In this document: positions 38,801 through 52,902 of the stretch, piece by piece
How positions within the stretch are numbered: position 1 is the first letter of the stretch
Layout of the letters: the number at the start of each line of letters is the position of its first letter
Source of the DNA: Auanema rhodensis
Lineage: Eukaryota > Animalia > Nematoda
Assembly (NCBI GenBank): GCA_964057225.1
Contig: CAXKVF010000073.1
Location: 682,001 to 746,000 of the forward strand
Direction: 5' to 3'
DNA length: 64,000 bases
Notes under the pieces: generated by a model
The model's database searches: none
Seen by the model: only the letters and a program-made list of their open reading frames with translations
Told to the model about the DNA's origin: nothing
Translations under genes and position numbers: made by a program

Positions 38801-41800
38801 CCAATATCAATAAAAATTTGTTTTTAGACTAATATGGACATGGGGAATCTAATTTTGAAAACCGCATCTCTTTATCTTTCACGTGAAGCGAGTTACATAC
38901 CAAGTGCACATCACGTGTACATTTAATTAGCATAAATTAAAGTTCACGTAAATTTCAAAGTCATGGTTACCATGAACCAATATCAATAAAAATTTGTTTT
39001 TAGACTAATATGGACATGGGGAATCTAATTTTGAAAACCGCATCTCTTTATCTTTCACGTGAAGCGAGTTACATACCAAGTGCACATCACGTGTACATTT
39101 AATTAGCATAAATTAAAGTTCACGTAAATTTCAAAGTCATGGTTACCATGAACCAATATCAATAAAAATTTGTTTTTAGACTAATATGGACATGGGGAAT
39201 CTAATTTTGAAAACCGCATCTCTTTATCTTTCACGTGAAGCGAGTTACATACCAAGTGCACATCACGTGTACTATTAATTAGCATAAATTAAAGTTCACG
39301 TAAATTTCAAAGTCATGGTTACCATGCACCAATATCAATAAAAATTTGTTTTTAGACTAATATGGACATGGGGAATCTAATTTTGAAAACCGCATCTCTT
39401 TATCTTTCACGTGAAGCGAGTTACATACCAAGTGCACATCACGTGTACATTTAATTAGCATAAATTAAAGTTCACGTAAAATTCAAAGTCATGGTTACCA
39501 TGAACCAATATCAATAAAAATTTGTTTTTAGACTAATATGGACATGGGAAATCTAATTTTGAAAACCGCATCTCTTTATCTTTCACGTGAAGCGAGTTAC
39601 ATACCAAGTGCACATCACGTGTACATTTAATTAGCATAAATTAAAGTTCACGTAAATTTCAAAGTCATGGTTACCATGAACCAATATCAATAAAAATTTG
39701 TTTTTAGACTAATATGGACATGGGGAATCTAATTTTGAAAACCGCATCTCTTTATCTTTCACGTGAAGCGAGTTACATACCAAGTGCACATCACGTGTAC
39801 ATTTAATTAGCATAAATTAAAGTTCACGTAAATTTCAAAGTCATGGTTACCATGAACCAATATCAATAAAAATTTGTTTTTAGACTAATATGGACATGGG
39901 GAATCTAATTTTGAAAACCGCATCTCTTTATCTTTCACGTGAAGCGAGTTACATACCAAGTGCACATCACGTGTACATTTAATTAGCATAAATTAAAGTT
40001 CACGTAAAATTCAAAGTCATGGTTACCATGAACCAATATCAATAAAAATTTGTTTTTAGACTAATATAGACATGGGGAATCTAATTTTGAAAACCGCATC
40101 TCTTTATCTTTCACGTGAAGCGAGTTACATACCAAGTGCACATCACGTGTACATTTAATTGGCATAAATTAAAGTTCACGTAAATTTCAAAGTCATGGTT
40201 ACCATGCACCAATATCAATAAAAATTTGTTTTTAGACTAATATGGACATGGGGAATCTAATTTTAAAAACCGCATCTCTTTATCTTTCACGTGAAGCGAG
40301 TTACATACCAAGTGCACATCACGTGTACATTTAATTAGCATAAATTAAAGTTCACGTAAAATTCAAAGTCATGGTTACCATGAACCAATATCAATAAAAA
40401 TTTGTTTTTAGACTAATATAGACATGGGGAATCTAATTTTGAAAACCGCATCTCTTTATCTTTCACGTGAAGCGAGTTACATACCAAGTGCACATCACGT
40501 GTACATTTAATTAGCATAAATTAAAGTTCACGTAAATTTCAAAGTCATGGTTACCATGAACCAATATCAATAAAAATTTGTTTTTAGACTAATATGGACA
40601 TGGGGAATCTAATTTTGAAAACCGCATCTCTTTATCTTTCACGTGAAGCGAGTTACATACCAAGTGCACATCACGTGTACATTTAATTAGCATAAATTAA
40701 AGTTCACGTAAAATTCAAAGTCATGGTTACCATGAACCAATATCAATAAAAATTTGTTTTTAGACTAATATAGACATGGGGAATCTAATTTTGAAAACCG
40801 CATCTCTTTATCTTTCACGTGAAGCGAGTTACATACCAAGTGCACATCACGTGTACATTTAATTAGCATAAATTAAAGTTCACGTAAATTTCAAAGTCAT
40901 GGTTACCATGAACCAATATCAATAAAAATTTGTTTTTAGACTAATATGGACATGGGGAATCTAATTTTGAAAACCGCATCTCTTTATCTTTCACGTGAAG
41001 CGAGTTACATACCAAGTGCACATCACGTGTACATTTAATTAGCATAAATTAAAGTTCACGTAAAATTCAAAGTCATGGTTACCATGAACCAATATCAATA
41101 AAAATTTGTTTTTAGACTAATATAGACATGGGGAATCTAATTTTGAAAACCGCATCTCTTTATCTTTCACGTGAAGCGAGTTACATACCAAGTGCACATC
41201 ACGTGTACATTTAATTAGCATAAATTAAAGTTCACGTAAATTTCAAAGTCATGGTTACCATGAACCAATATCAATAAAAATTTGTTTTTAGACTAATATG
41301 GACATGGGGAATCTAATTTTGAAAACCGCATCTCTTTATCTTTCACGTGAAGCGAGTTACATACCAAGTGCACATCACGTGTACATTTAATTAGCATAAA
41401 TTAAAGTTCACGTAAAATTCAAAGTCATGGTTACCATGCACCAATATCAATAAAAATTTGTTTTTAGACTAATATGGACATGGGGAATCTAATTTTGAAA
41501 ACCGCATCTCTTTATCTTTCACGTGAAGCGAGTTACATACCAAGTGCACATCACGTGTACATTTAATTAGCATAAATTAAAGTTCACGTAAAATTCAAAG
41601 TCATGGTTACCATGAACCAATATCAATAAAAATTTGTTTTTAGACTAATATGGACATGGGGAATCTAATTTTGAAAACCGCATCTCTTTATCTTTCACGT
41701 GAAGCGAGTTACATACCAAGTGCACATCACGTGTACATTTAATTAGCATAAATTAAAGTTCACGTAAATTTCAAAGTCATTTTTACCATGAACCAATATC

Positions 41801-44800
41801 AATAAAAATTTGTTTTTAGACTAATATGGACATGGGGAATCTAATTTCGAAAACCGCATCTCTTCATCTTTCACGTGAAGCGAGTTACATACCAAGTGCA
41901 CATCACGTGTACATTTAATTAGCATAAATTAAAGTTCACGTAAATTTCAAAGTCATGGTTACCATGCACAAATATCAATAAAAATTTGTTTTTGGACTAA
42001 TATGGACATGGGGAATCTAATTTTGAAAACCGCATCTCTTTATCTTTCACGTGAAGCGAGTTACATACCAAGTGCACATCACGTGTACATTTAATTAGCA
42101 TAAATTAAAGTTCACGTAAATTTCAAAGTCATGGTTACCATGAACCAATATCAATAAAAATTTGTTTTTAGACTAATATGGACATGGGGAATCTAATTTT
42201 GAAAACCGCATCTCTTTATCTTTCACGTGAAGCGAGTTACATACCAAGTGCACATCACGTGTACATTTAATTAGCATAAATTAAAGTTCACGTAAATTTC
42301 AAAGTCATGGTTACCATGCACCAATATCAATAAAAATTTGTTTTTGGACTAATATGGACATGGGGAATCTAATTTTGAAAACTGCATCTCTTTATCTTTC
42401 ACGTGAAGCGAGTTACATACCAAGTGCACATCACGTGTACATTTAATTAGCATAAATTAAAGTTCACGTAAATTTCAAAGTCATGGTTACCATGAACCAA
42501 TATCAATAAAAATTTGTTTTTAGACTAATATGGACATGGGGAATCTAATTTTGAAAACCGCATCTCTTCATCTTTCACGTGAAGCGAGTTACATACCAAG
42601 TGCACATCACGTGTACATTTAATTAGCATAAATTAAAGTTCACGTAAATTTCAAAGTCATGGTTACCATGAACCAATATCAATAAAAATTTGTTTTTAGA
42701 CTAATATGGACATGAGGAATCTAATTTTGAAAACCGCATCTCTTCATCTTTCACGTGAAGCGAGTTACATACCAAGTGCTCATCACGTGTACATTTAATT
42801 AGCATAAATTAAAGTTCACGTAAATTTCAAAGTCATGGTTACCATGCACCAATATCAATAAAAATTTGTTTTTAGACTAATATGGACATGGGGAATCTAA
42901 TTTTGAAAACCGCATCTCTTTATCTTTCACGTGAAGCGAGTTACATACCAAGTGCACATCACGTGTACATTTAATTAGCATAAATTAAAGTTCACGTAAA
43001 TTTCAAAGTCATGGTTACCATGAACCAATATCAATAAAAATTTGTTTTTAGACTAATATGGACATGGGGAATCTAATTTTGAAAACCGCATCTATTTATC
43101 TTTCACGTGAAGCGAGTTACATACCAAGTGCACATCACGTGTACATTTAATTAGCATAAATTAAAGTTCACGTAAATTTCAAAGTCATGGTTACCATGAA
43201 CCAATATCAATAAAAATTTGTTTTTAGACTAATATGGACATGGGGAATCTAATTTTGAAAACCGCATCTCTTTATCTTTCACGTGAAGCGAGTTACATAC
43301 CAAGTGCACATCACGTGTACATTTAATTAGCATATATTAAAGTTCACGTAAATTTCAAAGTCATGGTTACCATGAACCAATATCAATAAAAATTTGTTTT
43401 TAGACTAATATGGACATGGGGAATCTAATTTTGAAAACCGCATCTCTTTATCTTTCACGTGAAGCGAGTTACATACCAAGTGCACATCACGTGTACATTT
43501 AATTAGCATAAATTAAAGTTCACGTAAATTTCAAAGTCATGGTTACCATGCACCAATATCAATAAAAATTTGTTTTTAGACTAATATGGACATGGGGAAT
43601 CTAATTTTGAGAACCGCATCTCTTTATCTTTCACGTGAAGCGAGTTGCATACCAAGTGCACATCACGTGTACATTTAATTAGCATAAATTAAAGTTCACG
43701 TAAAATTCAAAGTCATGGTTACCATGAACCAATATCAATAAAAATTTGTTTTTAGACTAATATGGACAAGGGGAATCTAATTTTGAAAACCGCATCTCTT
43801 TATCTTTCACGTGAAGCGAGTTACATACCAAGTGCACATCACGTGTACATTTAATTAGCATAAATTAAAGTTCACGTAAATTTCAAAGTCATGGTTACCA
43901 TGAAGCAATATCAATAAAAATTTGTTTTTAGACTAATATGGACATGGGGAATCTAATTTTGAAAACCGCATCTCTTTATCTTTCACGTGAAGCGAGTTAC
44001 ATACCAAGTGCACATCACGTGTACATTTAATTAGCATAAATTAAAGTTCACATAAATTTCAAAGTCATGGTTACCATGAACCAATATCAATAAAAATTTG
44101 TTTTTAGACTAATATGGACATGGGGAATCTAATTTTGAAAACTGCATCTCTTTATCTTTCACGTGAAGCGAGTTACATACCAAGTGCACATCACGTGTAC
44201 ATTTAATTAGCATAAATTAAAGTTCACGTAAATTTCAAAGTCATGGTTACCATGAACTAATATCAATAAAAATTTGTTTTTAGACTAATATGGACATGGG
44301 GAATCTAATTTTGAAAACCGCATCTCTTTATCTTTCACGTGAAGCGAGTTACATACCAAGTGCACATCACGTGTACATTTAATTAGCATAAATTAAAGTT
44401 CACGTAAATTTCAAAGTCATGGTTACCATGAACCAATATCAATAAAAATTTGTTTTTAGACTAATATGGACATGGGGAATCTAATTTTGAAAACCGCATC
44501 TCTTCATCTTTCACGTGAAGCGAGTTACATACCAAGTGCACATCACGTGTACATTTAATTAGCATAAATTAAAGTTCACGTAAATTTCAAAGTCATGGTT
44601 ACCATGAACCAATATCAATAAAAATTTGTTTTTAGACTAATATGGACATGAGGAATCTAATTTTGAAAACCGCATCTCTTCATCTTTCACGTGAAGCGAT
44701 TTACATACCAAGTGCTCATCACGTGTACATTTAATTAGCATAAATTAAAGTTCACGTAAATTTCAAAGTCATGGTTACCATGCACCAATATCAATAAAAA

Positions 44801-47800
44801 TTTGTTTTTAGACTAATATGGACATGGGGAATCTAATTTTGAAAACCGCATCTCTTTATCTTTCACGTGAAGCGAGTTACATACCAAGTGCACATCACGT
44901 GTACATTTAATTAGCATAAATTAAAGTTCACGTAAATTTCAAAGTCATGGTTACCATGAACCAATATCAATAAAAATTTGTTTTTAGACTAATATGGACA
45001 TGGGGAATCTAATTTTGAAAACCGCATCTATTTATCTTTCACGTGAAGCGAGTTACATACCAAGTGCACATCACGTGTACATTTAATTAGCATAAATTAA
45101 AGTTCACGTAAATTTCAAAGTCATGGTTACCATGAACCAATATCAATAAAAATTTGTTTTTAGACTAATATGGACATGGGGAATCTAATTTTGAAAACCG
45201 CATCTCTTTATCTTTCACGTGAAGCGAGTTACATACCAAGTGCACATCACGTGTACATTTAATTAGCATAAATTAAAGTTCACGTAAAATTCAAAGTCAT
45301 GGTTACCATGAACCAATATCAATAAAAATTTGTTTTTAGACTAATATGGACAAGGGGAATCTAATTTTGAAAACCGCATCTCTTTATCTTTCACGTGAAG
45401 CGAGTTACATACCAAGTGCACATCACGTGTACATTTAATTAGCATAAATTAAAGTTCACGTAAATTTCAAAGTCATGGTTACCATGAAGCAATATCAATA
45501 AAAATTTGTTTTTAGACTAATATGGACATGGGGAATCTAATTTTGAAAACCGCATCTCTTTATCTTTCACGTGAAACGAGTTACATACCAAGTGCACATC
45601 ACGTGTACATTTAATTAGCATAAATTAAAGTTCACGTAAATTTCAAAGTCATGGTTACCATGAACTAATATCAATAAAAATTTGTTTTTAGACTAATATG
45701 GACATGGGGAATCTAATTTTGAAAACCGCATCTCTTTATCTTTCACGTGAAGCGAGTTACATACCAAGTGCACATCACGTGTACATTTAATTAGCATAAA
45801 TTAAAGTTCACGTAAATTTCAAAGTCATGGTTACCATGAACCAATATCAATAAAAATTTGTTTTTAGACTAATATGGACATGGGGAATCTAATTTTGAAA
45901 ACCGCATCTCTTCATCTTTCACGTGAAGCGAGTTACATACCAAGTGCACATCACGTGTACATTTAATTAGCATAAATTAAAGTTCACGTAAATTTCAAAG
46001 TCATGGTTACCATGAACCAATATCAATAAAAATTTGTTTTTAGACTAATATGGACATGAGGAATCTAATTTTGAAAACCGCATCTCTTCATCTTTCACGT
46101 GAAGCGAGTTACATACCAAGTGCTCATCACGTGTACATTTAATTAGCATAAATTAAAGTTCACGTAAATTTCAAAGTCATGGTTACCATGAACCAATATC
46201 AATAAAAATTTGTTTTTAGACTAATATGGACATGGGGAATCTAATTTTGAAAACCGCATCTATTTATCTTTCACGTGAAGCGAGTTACATACCAAGTGCA
46301 CATCACGTGTACATTTAATTAGCATAAATTAAAGTTCACGTAAATTTCAAAGTCATGGTTACCATGCACCAATATCAATAAAAATTTGTTTTTAGACTAA
46401 TATGGACATGGGGAATCTAATTTTGAAAACCGCATCTCTTTATCTTTCACGTGAAGCGAGTTACATACCAAGTGCACATCACGTGTACATTTAATTAGCA
46501 TAAATTAAAGTTCACGTAAATTTCAAAGTCATGGTTACCATGAACCAATATCAATAAAAATTTGTTTTTAGACTAATATGGACATGGGGAATCTAATTTT
46601 GAAAACCGCATCTCTTTATCTTTCACGTGAAGCGAGTTACATACCAAGTGCACATCACGTGTACATTTAATTAGCATAAATTAAAGTTCACGTAAATTTC
46701 AAAGTCATGGTTACCATGCACCAATATCAATAAAAATTTGTTTTTAGACTAATATGGACATGGGGAATCTAATTTTGAGAACCGCATCTCTTTATCTTTC
46801 ACGTGAAGCGAGTTGCATACCAAGTGCACATCACGTGTACATTTAATTAGCATAAATTAAAGTTCACGTAAATTTCAAAGTCATGGTTACCATGCACCAA
46901 TATCAATAAAAATTTGTTTTTAGACTAATATGGACATGGGGAATCTAATTTTGAAAACCGCATCTCTTTATCTTTCACGTGAAGCGAGTTACATACCAAG
47001 TGCACATCACGTGTACATTTAATTAGCATAAATTAAAGTTCACGTAAAATTCAAAGTCATGGTTACCATGAACCAATATCAATAAAAATTTGTTTTTAGA
47101 CTAATATGGACAAGGGGAATCTAATTTTGAAAACCGCATCTCTTTATCTTTCACGTGAAGCGAGTTACATACCAAGTGCACATCACGTGTACATTTAATT
47201 AGCATAAATTAAAGTTCACGTAAATTTCAAAGTCATGGTTACCATGAAGCAATATCAATAAAAATTTGTTTTTAGACTAATATGGACATGGGGAATCTAA
47301 TTTTGAAAACCGCATCTCTTTATCTTTCACGTGAAGCGAGTTACATACCAAGTGCACATCACGTGTACATTTAATTAGCATAAATTAAAGTTCACGTAAA
47401 TTTCAATATCATGGTTACCATGAACCAATATCAATAAAAATTTGTTTTTAGACTAATATGGACATGGGGAATCTAATTTTGAAAACCGCATCTCTTTATC
47501 TTTCACGTGAAGCGAGTTACATACCAAGTGCACATCACGTGTACATTTAATTAGCATAAATTAAAGTTCACGTAAATTTCAAAGTCATGGTTACCATGAA
47601 CTAATATCAATAAAAATTTGTTTTTAGACTAATATGGACATGGGGAATCTAATTTTGAAAACCGCATCTCTTTATCTTTCACGTGAAGCGAGTTACATAC
47701 CAAGTGCACATCACGTGTACATTTAATTAGCATAAATTAAAGTTCACGTAAATTTCAAAGTCATGGTTACCATGAAGCAATATCAATAAAAATTTGTTTT

Positions 47801-48854
47801 TAGACTAATATGGACAGGAGGAATCTAATTTTGAAAACCGCATCTCTTTATCTTTCACGTGAAGCGAGTTACATACCAAGTGCACATCACGTGTACATTT
47901 AATTAGCATAAATTAAAGTTCACGTAAAATTCAAAGTCATGGTTACCATGAACCAATATCAATAAAAATTTGTTTTTAGACTAATATGGACATGGGGAAT
48001 CTAATTTTGAAAACCGTATCTCTTTATCTTTCACGTGAAGCGAGTTACATACCAAGTGCACATCACGTGTACATTTAATTAGCATAAATTAAAGTTCACG
48101 TAAAATTCAAAGTCATGGTTACCATGAACCAATATCAATAAAAATTTGTTTTTAGACTAATATGGACATGGGGAATCTAATTTTGAAAACCGCATCTCTT
48201 TATCTTTCACGTGAAGCGAGTTACATACCAAGTGCACATCACGTGTACATTTAATTAGCATAAATTAAAGTTCACGTAAATTTCAAAGTCATGGTTACCA
48301 TGAACTAATATCAATAAAAATTTGTTTTTAGACTAATATGGACATGGGGAATCTAATTTTGAAAACCGCATCTCTTTATCTTTCACGTGAAGCGAGTTAC
48401 ATACCAAGTGCACATCACGTGTACATTTAATTAGCATAAATTAAAGTTCACGTAAATTTCAAAGTCATGGTTACCATGAACTAATATCAATAAAAATTTG
48501 TTTTTAGACTAATATGGACATGGGGAATCTAATTTTGAAAACCGCATCTCTTTATCTTTCACGTGAAGCGAGTTACATACCAAGTGCACATCACGTGTAC
48601 ATTTAATTAGCATAAATTAAAGTTCACGTAAATTTCAAAGTCATGGTTACCATGAAGCAATATCAATAAAAATTTGTTTTTAGACTAATATGGACATGGG
48701 GAATCTAATTTTGAAAACCGCATCTCTTTATCTTTCACGTGAAGCGAGTTACATACCAAGTGCACATCACGTGTACATTTAATTAGCATAAATTAAAGTT
48801 CACGTAAATTTCAATATCATGGTTACCATGAACCAATATCAATAAAAATTTGTT

Positions 48855-51800
48855 TTTAGACTAATATGGACATGGGGAATCTAATTTTGAAAACCGCATC
48901 TCTTTATCTTTCACGTGAAGCGAGTTACATACCAAGTGCACATCACGTGTACATTTAATTAGCATAAATTAAAGTTCACGTAAATTTCAAAGTCATGGTT
49001 ACCATGAACTAATATCAATAAAAATTTGTTTTTAGACTAATATGGACATGGGGAATCTAATTTTGAAAACCGCATCTCTTTATCTTTCACGTGAAGCGAG
49101 TTACATACCAAGTGCACATCACGTGTACATTTAATTAGCATAAATTAAAGTTCACGTAAATTTCAAAGTCATGGTTACCATGAAGCAATATCAATAAAAA
49201 TTTGTTTTTAGACTAATATGGACAGGAGGAATCTAATTTTGAAAACCGCATCTCTTTATCTTTCACGTGAAGCGAGTTACATACCAAGTGCACATCACGT
49301 GTACATTTAATTAGCATAAATTAAAGTTCACGTAAAATTCAAAGTCATGGTTACCATGAACCAATATCAATAAAAATTTGTTTTTAGACTAATATGGACA
49401 TGGGGAATCTAATTTTGAAAACCGTATCTCTTTATCTTTCACGTGAAGCGAGTTACATACCAAGTGCACATCACGTGTACATTTAATTAGCATAAATTAA
49501 AGTTCACGTAAAATTCAAAGTCATGGTTACCATGAACCAATATCAATAAAAATTTGTTTTTAGACTAATATGGACATGGGGAATCTAATTTTGAAAACCG
49601 CATCTCTTTATCTTTCACGTGAAGCGAGTTACATACCAAGTGCACATCACGTGTACATTTAATTAGCATAAATTAAAGTTCACGTAAATTTCAAAGTCAT
49701 GGTTACCATGAACTAATATCAATAAAAATTTGTTTTTAGACTAATATGGACATGGGGAATCTAATTTTGAAAACCGCATCTCTTTATCTTTCACGTGAAG
49801 CGAGTTACATACCAAGTGCACATCACGTGTACATTTAATTAGCATAAATTAAAGTTCACGTAAATTTCAAAGTCATGGTTACCATGAAGCAATATCAATA
49901 AAAATTTGTTTTTAGACTAATATGGACAGGGGGAATCTAATTTTGAAAACCGCATCTCTTTATCTTTCACGTGAAGCGAGTTACATACCAAGTGCACATC
50001 ACGTGTACATTTAATTAGCATAAATTAAAGTTCACGTAAAATTCAAAGTCATGGTTACCATGAACCAATATCAATAAAAATTTGTTTTTAGACTAATATG
50101 GACATGGGGAATCTAATTTTGAAAACCGCATCTCTTTATCTTTCACGTGAAGCGAGTTACATACCAAGTGCACATCACGTGTACATTTAATTAGCATAAA
50201 TTAAAGTTCACGTAAAATTCAAAGTCATGGTTACCATGCACCAATATCAATAAAAATTTGTTTTTAGACTAATATGGACATGGGGAATCTAATTTTGAAA
50301 ACCGTATCTCTTTATCTTTCACGTGAAACGAGTTACATACCAAGTGCACATCACGTGTACATTTAATTAGCATAAATTAAAGTTCACGTAAATTTCAAAG
50401 TCATGGTTACCATGAACTAATATCAATAAAAATTTGTTTTTAGACTAATATGGACATGGGGAATCTAATTTTGAAAACCGCATCTCTTTATCTTTCACGT
50501 GAAGCGAGTTACATACCAAGTGCACATCACGTGTACATTTAATTAGCATAAATTAAAGTTCACGTAAATTTCAAAGTCATGGTTACCATGAAGCAATATC
50601 AATAAAAATTTGTTTTTAGACTAATATGGACAGGGGGAATCTAATTTTGAAAACCGCATCTCTTTATCTTTCACGTGAAGCGAGTAACATACCAAGTGCA
50701 CATCACGTGTACATTTAATTAGCATAAATTAAAGTTCACGTAAAATTCAAAGTCATGGTTACCATGCACCAATATCAATAAAAATTTGTTTTTAGACTAA
50801 TATGGACATGGGGAATCTAATTTTGAAAACCGTATCTCTTTATCTTTCACGTGAAGCGAGTTACATACCAAGTGCACATCACGTGTACATTTAATTAGCA
50901 TAAATTAAAGTTCACGTAAAATTCAAAGTCATGGTTACCATAAACCAATATCAATAAAAATTTGTTTTTAGACTAATATGGACATGGGGAATCTAATTTT
51001 GAAAACCGCATCTCTTTATCTTTCACGTGAAGCGAGTTACATACCAAGTGCACATCACGTGTACATTTAATTAGCATAAATTAAAGTTCACGTAAATTTC
51101 AAAGTCATGGTTACCATGAACTAATATCAATAAAAATTTGTTTTTAGACTAATATGGACATGGGGAATCTAATTTTGAAAACCGCATCTCTTTATCTTTC
51201 ACGTGAAGCGAGTTACATACCAAGTGCACATCACGTGTACATTTAATTAGCATAAATTAAAGTTCACGTAAATTTCAAAGTCATGGTTACCATGAAGCAA
51301 TATCAATAAAAATTTGTTTTTAGACTAATATGGACAGGGGGAATCTAATTTTGAAAACCGCATCTCTTTATCTTTCACGTGAAGCGAGTTACATACCAAG
51401 TGCACATCACGTGTACATTTAATTAGCATAAATTAAAGTTCACGTAAAATTCAAAGTCATGGTTACCATGAACCAATATCAATAAAAATTTGTTTTTAGA
51501 CTAATATGGACATGGGGAATCTAATTTTGAAAACCGTATCTCTTTATCTTTCACGTGAAGCGAGTTACATACCAAGTGCACATCACGTGTACATTTAATT
51601 AGCATAAATTAAAGTTCACGTAAAATTCAAAGTCATGGTTACCATGAACCAATATCAATAAAAATTTGTTTTTAGACTAATATGGACATGGGGAATCTAA
51701 TTTTGGAAACCGCATCTCTTTATCTTTCACGTGAAGCGAGTTACATACCAAGTGCACATCACGTGTACATTTAATTAGCATAAATTAAAGTTCACGTAAA

Positions 51801-52902
51801 TTTCAAAGTCATGGTTACCATGAACTAATATCAATAAAAATTTGTTTTTAGACTAATATGGACATGGGGAATCTAATTTTGAAAACCGCATCTCTTTATC
51901 TTTCACGTGAAGCGAGTTACATACCAAGTGCACATCACGTGTACATTTAATTAGCATAAATTAAAGTTCACGTAAATTTCAAAGTCATGGTTACCATGAA
52001 GCAATATCAATAAAAATTTGTTTTTAGACTAATATGGACAGGGGGAATCTAATTTTGAAAACCGCATCTCTTTATCTTTCACGTGAAGCGAGTTACATAC
52101 CAAGTGCACATCACGTGTACATTTAATTAGCATAAATTAAAGTTCACGTAAAATTCAAAGTCATGGTTACCATGAACCAATATCAATAAAAATTTGTTTT
52201 TAGACTAATATGGACATGGGGAATCTAATTTTGAAAACCGTATCTCTTTATCTTTCACGTGAAGCGAGTTACATACCAAGTGCACATCACGTGTACATTT
52301 AATTAGCATAAATTAAAGTTCACGTGAAATTCAAAGTCATGGTTACCATGAACCAATATCAATAAAAATTTGTTTTTAGACTAATATGGACATGGGGAAT
52401 CTAATTTTGAAAACCGCATCTCTTTATCTTTCACGTGAAGCGAGTTACATACCAAGTGCACATCACGTGTACATTTAATTAGCATAAATTAAAGTTCACG
52501 TAAATTTCAAAGTCATGGTTACCATGAACTAATATCAATAAAAATTTGTTTTTAGACTAATATGGACATGGGGAATCTAATTTTGAAAACCGCATCTCTT
52601 TATCTTTCACGTGAAGCGAGTTACATACCAAGTGCACATCACGTGTACATTTAATTAGCATAAATTAAAGTTCACGTAAATTTCAAAGTCATGGTTACCA
52701 TGAAGCAATATCAATAAAAATTTGTTTTTAGACTAATATGGACAGGAGGAATCTAATTTTGAAAACCGCATCTCTTTATCTTTCACGTGAAGCGAGTAAC
52801 ATACCAAGTGCACATCACGTGTACATTTAATTAGCATAAATTAAAGTTCACGTAAAATTCAAAGTCATGGTTACCATGCACCAATATCAATAAAAATTTG
52901 TT
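48855..52902 (+). repeat. 4-mer (704-bp) higher-order repeat run, about 6 copies
   Basis: T19G (GACAGG) at 49225, 49929, 50633, 51337, 52041 and 52745, exactly 704 bp apart. The unit is AACT / AAGC / T19G+T131A / usually C43T+T131A. Confidence 0.9.
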
